From assembly GCA_030295235.1 (NCBI GenBank), contig AP026164.1:744001-808000 (forward strand): a stretch of 64,000 nucleotides of DNA, in the 5' to 3' direction. Both the position numbers and the translations under genes were made by a program. Below are positions 58,045 through 64,000 of this stretch, one piece after another. Positions within the stretch are counted from its first letter, which is position 1; every line of letters begins with the position of its first letter. Source of the DNA: Fistulifera solaris (Eukaryota). A model generated the notes under the pieces. That model was not told where the DNA came from. It searched no databases and worked only from the letters and a program-made list of their open reading frames with translations.

Positions 58045-60424
58045 TTAATCATCTTCTTTGAGAGTGAAGCCCTTCTTCAACTCATCTTCGATATTGGGTG
58101 GGACGAAGTCGTAGCTTGCAAGTTTCATGGAGTAGTTGGCTCGTCCCTTGCTCATGGATCGAAGAGTTGAGACGTACTGGAACATGTTGGCAAGAGGAAC
58201 TCGGGCAGAGATGGTCTTAACATTTCCGCGTTCACCAAGATCCCCAACTAAACCACGACGAGCATTGATATCACCGAGAATATCTCCCATGTACTCTTCC
58301 GGTGTAGTAACGTCGACTTGCATGAGAGGCTCCATGAGTCGAGCTTTGGCCTTTCGTAGACCTTCACGAGCGGCGGCGCGTCCAGCAATTTCGAAAGCCA
58401 TGACAGACGAATCGACATCGTGATAGGCTCCGTCAATGAGAGTCGCCTTCAAACCCAAAATAGGATATCCAGCCACGACACCGGTTCCAAGGACAGATTC
58501 AATACCCTTTTGAACACCTGGAATGTATTCTTTGGGAACACTTCCACCCTTGATGTCCGAAATAAACTCGAAGTCGGTGTTGCCATCCTCGCTGTTGAGG
58601 TCTTTGGGCTCAAACTTGACCTTGATTCTCGCGTACTGACCGGATCCTCCAGATTGCTTCTTGTGAGTGTAGTCGATTTCAGCCGGCTGAGTGATTGCCT
58701 CACGATAAGACACTTGGGGTGCTCCCACGTTGCATTCAACATTGAACTCGCGCTTCATGCGATCGACAATGATTTCGAGATGCAGTTCGCCCATTCCCTC
58801 AATGACCGTCTGACCAGTCTCTTCATCACGCGAAAATCGGAAAGAGGGGTCTTCTGATGCCAATTTGATAAGGGCCTCAGACATCTTCTGCTGATCGCCC
58901 TTTGTCTTTGGTTCCACAGCAACCTTGATGACTGGCTCAGGGAATTCCATCTTCTCCAAGATGACGGCATTCTCCTTTTGCATAGAGTTTCACCAGTAGT
59001 GGTATCTTTCAAACCAACCAGGGCAACGATATCTCCAGCAACGGCGGACTTGACTTCAGTTCGTTCGTTGGCGTGCATTTGCAACATACGACCGATGCGT
59101 TCATTCTTGCCCTTGACAGAGTTGTAAACGGTTGTACCAGCCTCCATCACACCAGAGTAAACACGAGTGAATGTGAGGGTTCCGACGAATGGATCGGTGG
59201 CAACTTTGAACGCAAGAGCAGACATGGGCTCGGCATCGGACGAATATCGCTGGGTTGGCTCACCAGCCTCGTCGACCCCAGCAATAGCCAACACGTCAAG
59301 AGGAGAGGGCATGTAATCAACAACAGCATCAAGTAGCGGCTGTACACCCTTGTTCTTGAAAGCAGTTCCGGTGACAACAGGAACAAAGGAAAGACTGAGG
59401 GTTCCCTTTCGAATCAATCTCTTGAGAGTGGCAGCGTCGGGCTGGACTCCCTCAAGATACTCCATTAGTACATCCTCGTCCTGCTCCACGGCAATCTCAA
59501 CGAGCTTTTCACGCCATTCCTGTGCTTTGGCCTTCAAAGCATCATCTACGAGGGGGATATCGTTGCACTCATCCAGAGGAATGCGATCGAACGAGGCACC
59601 CAGGTCCTCACCACGCCACACAACTGCTTCCATGGTGACGAGATCAATAACACCAAGAAAGTCAGACTCAGTTCCGATCGGAAGTTGAAGTACGGCCGGT
59701 GTGGCTCCTAGCAAGTTAATGATAGTGTCAACGCAGAAATAAAAGTTTGCGCCCGTGCGGTCCATTTTATTCAAGAAGCACATACGGGGGACTTTGTACT
59801 TGTCGGCCTGTCGCCACACAGTCTCGGTCTGAGGCTCAACACCAGCAACTCCATCGAATACTGCGACGGCTCCGTCAAGAACTCGAAGGGAACGCTCGAC
59901 TTCGAGAGTAAAGTCGACGTGCCCTGGAGTATCAATAATGTTGATGCGATGATCTTTCCATTCGCAAGTGGTGGCAGCAGAGGTAATAGTAATACCACGC
60001 TCTTGTTCCTGTACCATCCAATCCATGGTTGCTCCTCCTTCATGAACTTCACCGATCTTGTACGATTTACCGGTGTAATAAAGGATACGTTCGGTGGTGG
60101 TCGTCTTTCCGGCATCAATGTGCGCCATGATTCCGATGTTACGGTAGAATTCAAGGTCGACTTCACGAAGGGGCGACGACGATGCCTTGGCTTTGTCGAT
60201 ATCCTGCGCCTGTTCTACAACACAAAGTCCTTTCTAATATTTCATCACAAGTCAGATACTGTAAAGATTCGAGACTTGAAACAGCTAGCGATATTCAAAC
60301 TCCGGTCGACGAAAAAACTCACCTGAACAGTCGGAACACGAAGACCGAAAAGAGAGTTGGGGGCAAACGCCCCAACCTGTGAGAAGGAAAGGAATAGGAC
60401 AAATGCCCCAGCAAAAGACGGCAT
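58045..60424 (-). CDS. fusA: Elongation factor G, plastid (nucleus-encoded)
   Basis: [62 protein letters not shown]. Exon 1 encodes [22 protein letters not shown]. Intron 60234..60322. Frameshift near 58980. Confidence 0.95.
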
Positions 60425-61408
60425 GGCGAAACAAATAGTTCTATTTTCGACAACTGAAACTTGTGTGTCTGTTGCAAAAGAATTCAAACCGTGTGGTGGA
60501 GCCATAGAAAGATGCGTTGGCTGATTGATGACACAGTGGAAGGAAAAATCGAGTGGCTTTGACGGAATGACGTTTGTCACACAGTCAGCGGCTGCGCGAC
60601 GTCGAAAGTCAAACGGCACGGCAGAAGGTAAATCGCGTCTGCCCGTCTGCCCACAGCTTCTCAAAGTGACGATTGTTGGCTAGTGCCTAAAGAGGCGGAA
60701 AGTGATTGACTGTGATATTGATTGTAGAACAGGTGAATCAAATTATTTTAAAACCAATACAAATAATCCGTACTCTCTAGCAAAAAATTCAGTCGAATGT
60801 CAAGATTAGATTCTGACGATTAAAAAATTAGGAATAAAATATATATGTGAAAAATGTTGGTGGTGACAATCTGGCTCGGACAAATATGGATTCATGACTC
60901 ATGACTGGAATGCAATCGTGATCACCCTAGTAAAACACGACAGACAACGTTTTGCAGGCTTTTCGATGTACAAATATCAAGACGTGTAAAACAAACGCTG
61001 CTTAAAGACTATTTGATTGCAACAATTACCCATGAAGCGCAAGAAAAATTTGCTGAACGAACGAATTGTAGGCAGTATCTGGTATTGTCGCTCGAAGAAT
61101 TTGATTCACGACTGTATTGCAGTCGTGGAAAAGTTGATTATACACTTGAACGATAGTAACTACCGATATCCTTATTTTGAAGCAGACGGAAATTCTGAAA
61201 TTCTGTGTTTTTTTTTCGCAAGAAGTATCGACGCGTGACCATACTCGCGAGAGACTGTTACGCACACTTACTAACAAGAACTTTCCGTCTTATTTGTGGA
61301 AAAGGGATATCAAGGAAGGATAGATAGGCTGCCTAATACTAAAACTACAATTTGCGGATTAAAAATTATTATAGCGACGAGCTGATATAAACCTAAACGG
61401 CGTGTCCA

Positions 61409-62653
61409 CTATTTTCGTGGGGTTGTTCGTTTTGAGCGTCGACTGGATCGTGACAAAGTGTCCGTCACCACTTGATCTTTGCTTTCCTTATCACGATTTC
61501 GATAAAATAAACTTTCTTCGTTCACACGGAAACCATAGACTCTCGGAACGTAGGTTTGCGCAGGCTTTGACGGAATCATTTCCTGCAGGCAAGCGGTCAG
61601 ATCGATCACCGGAGATCAAAAAAATCAACGTGCCTTTTCACTTACCGGGTGTGTCATTAGATAGAGATGCGGGAATGTACTTCCAAAATATGCTCCGTCT
61701 ATGTTGGCCTGCCTTGTGCTTTTAGGAAAGAAAAGACCCTGGCAGCGCGCACAAAAAGACATTCACGGTGTAGTTTCTTGGGAGATCCGACAAGCCTACC
61801 GGCAAAACCGGCTGCCCTTGGCAAAATACACGAGGACATCTTCCAAAACTAGCATTGCGGTATTTTTCATACATAGCATGCATACCTCGACTTGTCAAAA
61901 TATATCTTCTCGACGAAAATTGAGTCGGAGGCAAAAGACAAGTTGTCATGTAATGAGCAAAAACAACTTACCTTGCATGAATCAACCCATAAAGCATTTC
62001 AGCTGCTGATTCCACAATCTCCTGCTGTTCCTCTGTTAATGAATCCTCCATTGGCATCTCAACATCAAGAACCATGTCAAGCGCATATTCGTAGTAAGGT
62101 ACCATGGTGTTTAATCCGGTTAGATTAAAGTCATCCTGCGAAGGAATTCGAACGAAGTAAGAAAACGCGTTGCATCGTGTTCTTGAAAGCAAAATTCGAT
62201 CTGCTATCCTACCTGAATGTATTCTTCATCGACTTCGCAAAAGAATTCGTTTCCCCGTAGACCACAAAACCAAGCGATCCATGAACCATCTTCATCAGAT
62301 CCTGACATTTCAGAACTCTCCTCATCTTCTTCGTCATCTTCTTCCGGAAAATTGTCATCTTCAACTCGTGCTATTCCACTTGCCTCTGGGTAAGGCTTTG
62401 ATTGGGGTCCTGCATTTTGCTGTGTCGCTTTATGACTGAGTTTCGACGCTTTCGTGGGATCGATCGCGTCACTTGCTGGACTCCGGCTGATAGCCCCGTA
62501 CGTATTTGCACCAGCTACACCTGCCGGCGGTTCCAGCCGCCGAGGTGAATGAACGCCGTGCTTTTGTTCTCCGATATCTCCTTTATTGTTGTCTTTCAGT
62601 GACATGCGCGCCATCATTTCCTCTGGTACAGGATCGACCCGCCGTGGAGACAT
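61409..62653 (-). CDS. CSNK2B: Casein kinase II regulatory subunit beta
   Basis: [73 protein letters not shown]. Introns 62136..62212, 61906..61971, 61583..61645. One extra base in the A run near 61753. Confidence 0.95.
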
Positions 62654-63277
62654 TGGCCTATCGACTGTATCCGCACCTTCCGATTCTTGTCTGGTCGCGT
62701 TGCGCTAACGCGTACTTCTTGCGTGGATTCTTTGCTCTCATGAGCCTGACTTGTCATTTTTAGACTCTGTAATGATGTCTTTGTTTTCTTAAACAATGGA
62801 TACAATGGTCCGCTGCATCAAGACTCTTTTCGGATGGACACGGGGCAGCGTCTTAAACGACAAAACGCGATCCAACTTCGGACTTCGGACGACATTCATA
62901 ATTCATAGTAGTAGTTCAAGCAATGACCAGTTCGCGGTACTGTTTTATTAAGTATGAAATATAGGATCAATATTTAATTCCGTATTAAAGCGTCGTAACG
63001 GTACGTACCTGTTCAGTCACGAGTCACAATTCGTCCTCCCGCCTCCGCCGCTCATTTCTCTTTTCTCTATCTCTTGTCGAGCATTTTTGCTGCTCTAGCC
63101 TTCGGTCGTTGTTATATTCATCATATTCATTTCAGAGCTCTTGTTTTCTGCCAAAGTGCACGGCTCTGTAGGAATATTGACGGCTAGCACTGTAAAAGGA
63201 GAGAAGATCCCAGCGACGACCCTGAATAAAGCATTCAGCACCCTCTTTCCTATTCCGCAGTCCTTTTCGAAAAAGGC

Positions 63278-63775
63278 ATGTCGAACTATACTTCGAGTAG
63301 TGAATCAAGCATTGACATCGACAAGCTAAGTCTGGAGGAATTAAATCAACTCAAAAATGCAGAAGAAAGCCGGTTACAGTCCTTGACGAGCCATTTGGCG
63401 CAACTTCGTCAGGCGTCGGTCAAGATACAAGCGAGTCACCGTGCTGTTTCGGAAATGGGTCCTGCTGTCGATGGAAAGTCAATCATGGTACCTCTTACCG
63501 AATCTGTATACGTTCCAGGGAGAATCAAAGATCCGAACAAGCTTCTCATTGAATTAGGTACCGGCTATTTCGCAGAAAAGACTTCCAAAGAAACCCTAGC
63601 ATATCTGGATCGTAAATCCAGACTCGTCAATGCGAACAGTGAAAATGTTTCAGCAGTCATTCAAGGAACGAGAAGAAACCTTGAGGCTATTGTGACTGCG
63701 ATGCAAGGTAAAATGCTGGAAATCCGTGCACGACAAGAGGGGAGAGTCCACCAAGCTGCGGCAAAAGCTGAATGA
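63278..63775 (+). CDS. PFDN5: Prefoldin subunit 5 (alpha class)
   Basis: Coiled coils flanking IMVPLTESVYVPG..KLLIELGTGYFAEK. Confidence 0.93.
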   Translation: MSNYTSSSESSIDIDKLSLEELNQLKNAEESRLQSLTSHLAQLRQASVKIQASHRAVSEMGPAVDGKSIMVPLTESVYVPGRIKDPNKLLIELGTGYFAEKTSKETLAYLDRKSRLVNANSENVSAVIQGTRRNLEAIVTAMQGKMLEIRARQEGRVHQAAAKAE

Positions 63776-64000
63776 ATAGGCGAAGTATACAAATTTCGAA
63801 CTCTGTAAAGCATGGATTAAAGAACTAAAGCTTTAACTTTCACGATACTTCTTTCACACAATACGACATCTCAAGTAGTATCATGACGCAAAATGGACTC
63901 CCCGTTGACCTGATACATAATTCGTTTAAACTCTCCGGATAAACTCAGCACGGCGATTCGGACCTCGATACAGGTAAAGTGTTCCGGTCAAAAGCTTAAT

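Noticed and set aside
58045..60424. Programmed ribosomal frameshifting or pseudogenisation in EF-G and other split genes
   Set aside because: Breaks are scattered, go in both directions, sit mostly in homopolymers and share no slippery-site or structure signal. Sequencing error is more parsimonious.
47164..60424. Apparent functional cluster of translation/cofactor genes (RluA, MOCS3, LipB, EF-G)
   Set aside because: Mixed strands, different compartments and unrelated intervening genes. Consistent with ordinary eukaryotic gene order.

Overview
This is gene-dense eukaryotic nuclear DNA, most likely from a diatom. Evidence: short GT-AG introns (about 55-90 nt, one of 216 nt) and several nucleus-encoded plastid proteins with ASAFAP-type bipartite presequences. 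About 26 protein genes can be reconstructed. They include a divergent pair of APC transporter paralogs, a MAG lipase-like hydrolase, an eEF2K-like alpha-kinase, a Myb(SHAQKYF-class)-ankyrin-HDAC fusion, GatB, a Nudix hydrolase, PP2C, a cyclophilin, a very large multi-reader CHD-type remodeler, a DENND4-like GEF, RluA, MOCS3/Uba4, a TRIC-like channel, Pumilio, LipB, plastid EF-G, CK2-beta and prefoldin 5. Many genes are broken by 1-bp indels, mostly in homopolymers, which points to an unpolished long-read assembly rather than real pseudogenes. Best leads: (1) the Myb-ankyrin-HDAC fusion; (2) the CHD remodeler architecture, including a NUMOD1-like motif; (3) a Tudor-like insertion in the alpha-kinase; (4) an RXL-motif type I membrane protein; (5) a hidden tripartite thylakoid-lumen signal on an esterase; (6) a T-shaped DNA palindrome, a ~180-220 bp tandem repeat and recurring intergenic palindromes. 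No tRNA, rRNA, CRISPR array or transposase was recognised. All domain calls are by-eye motif recognition; no searches were run.
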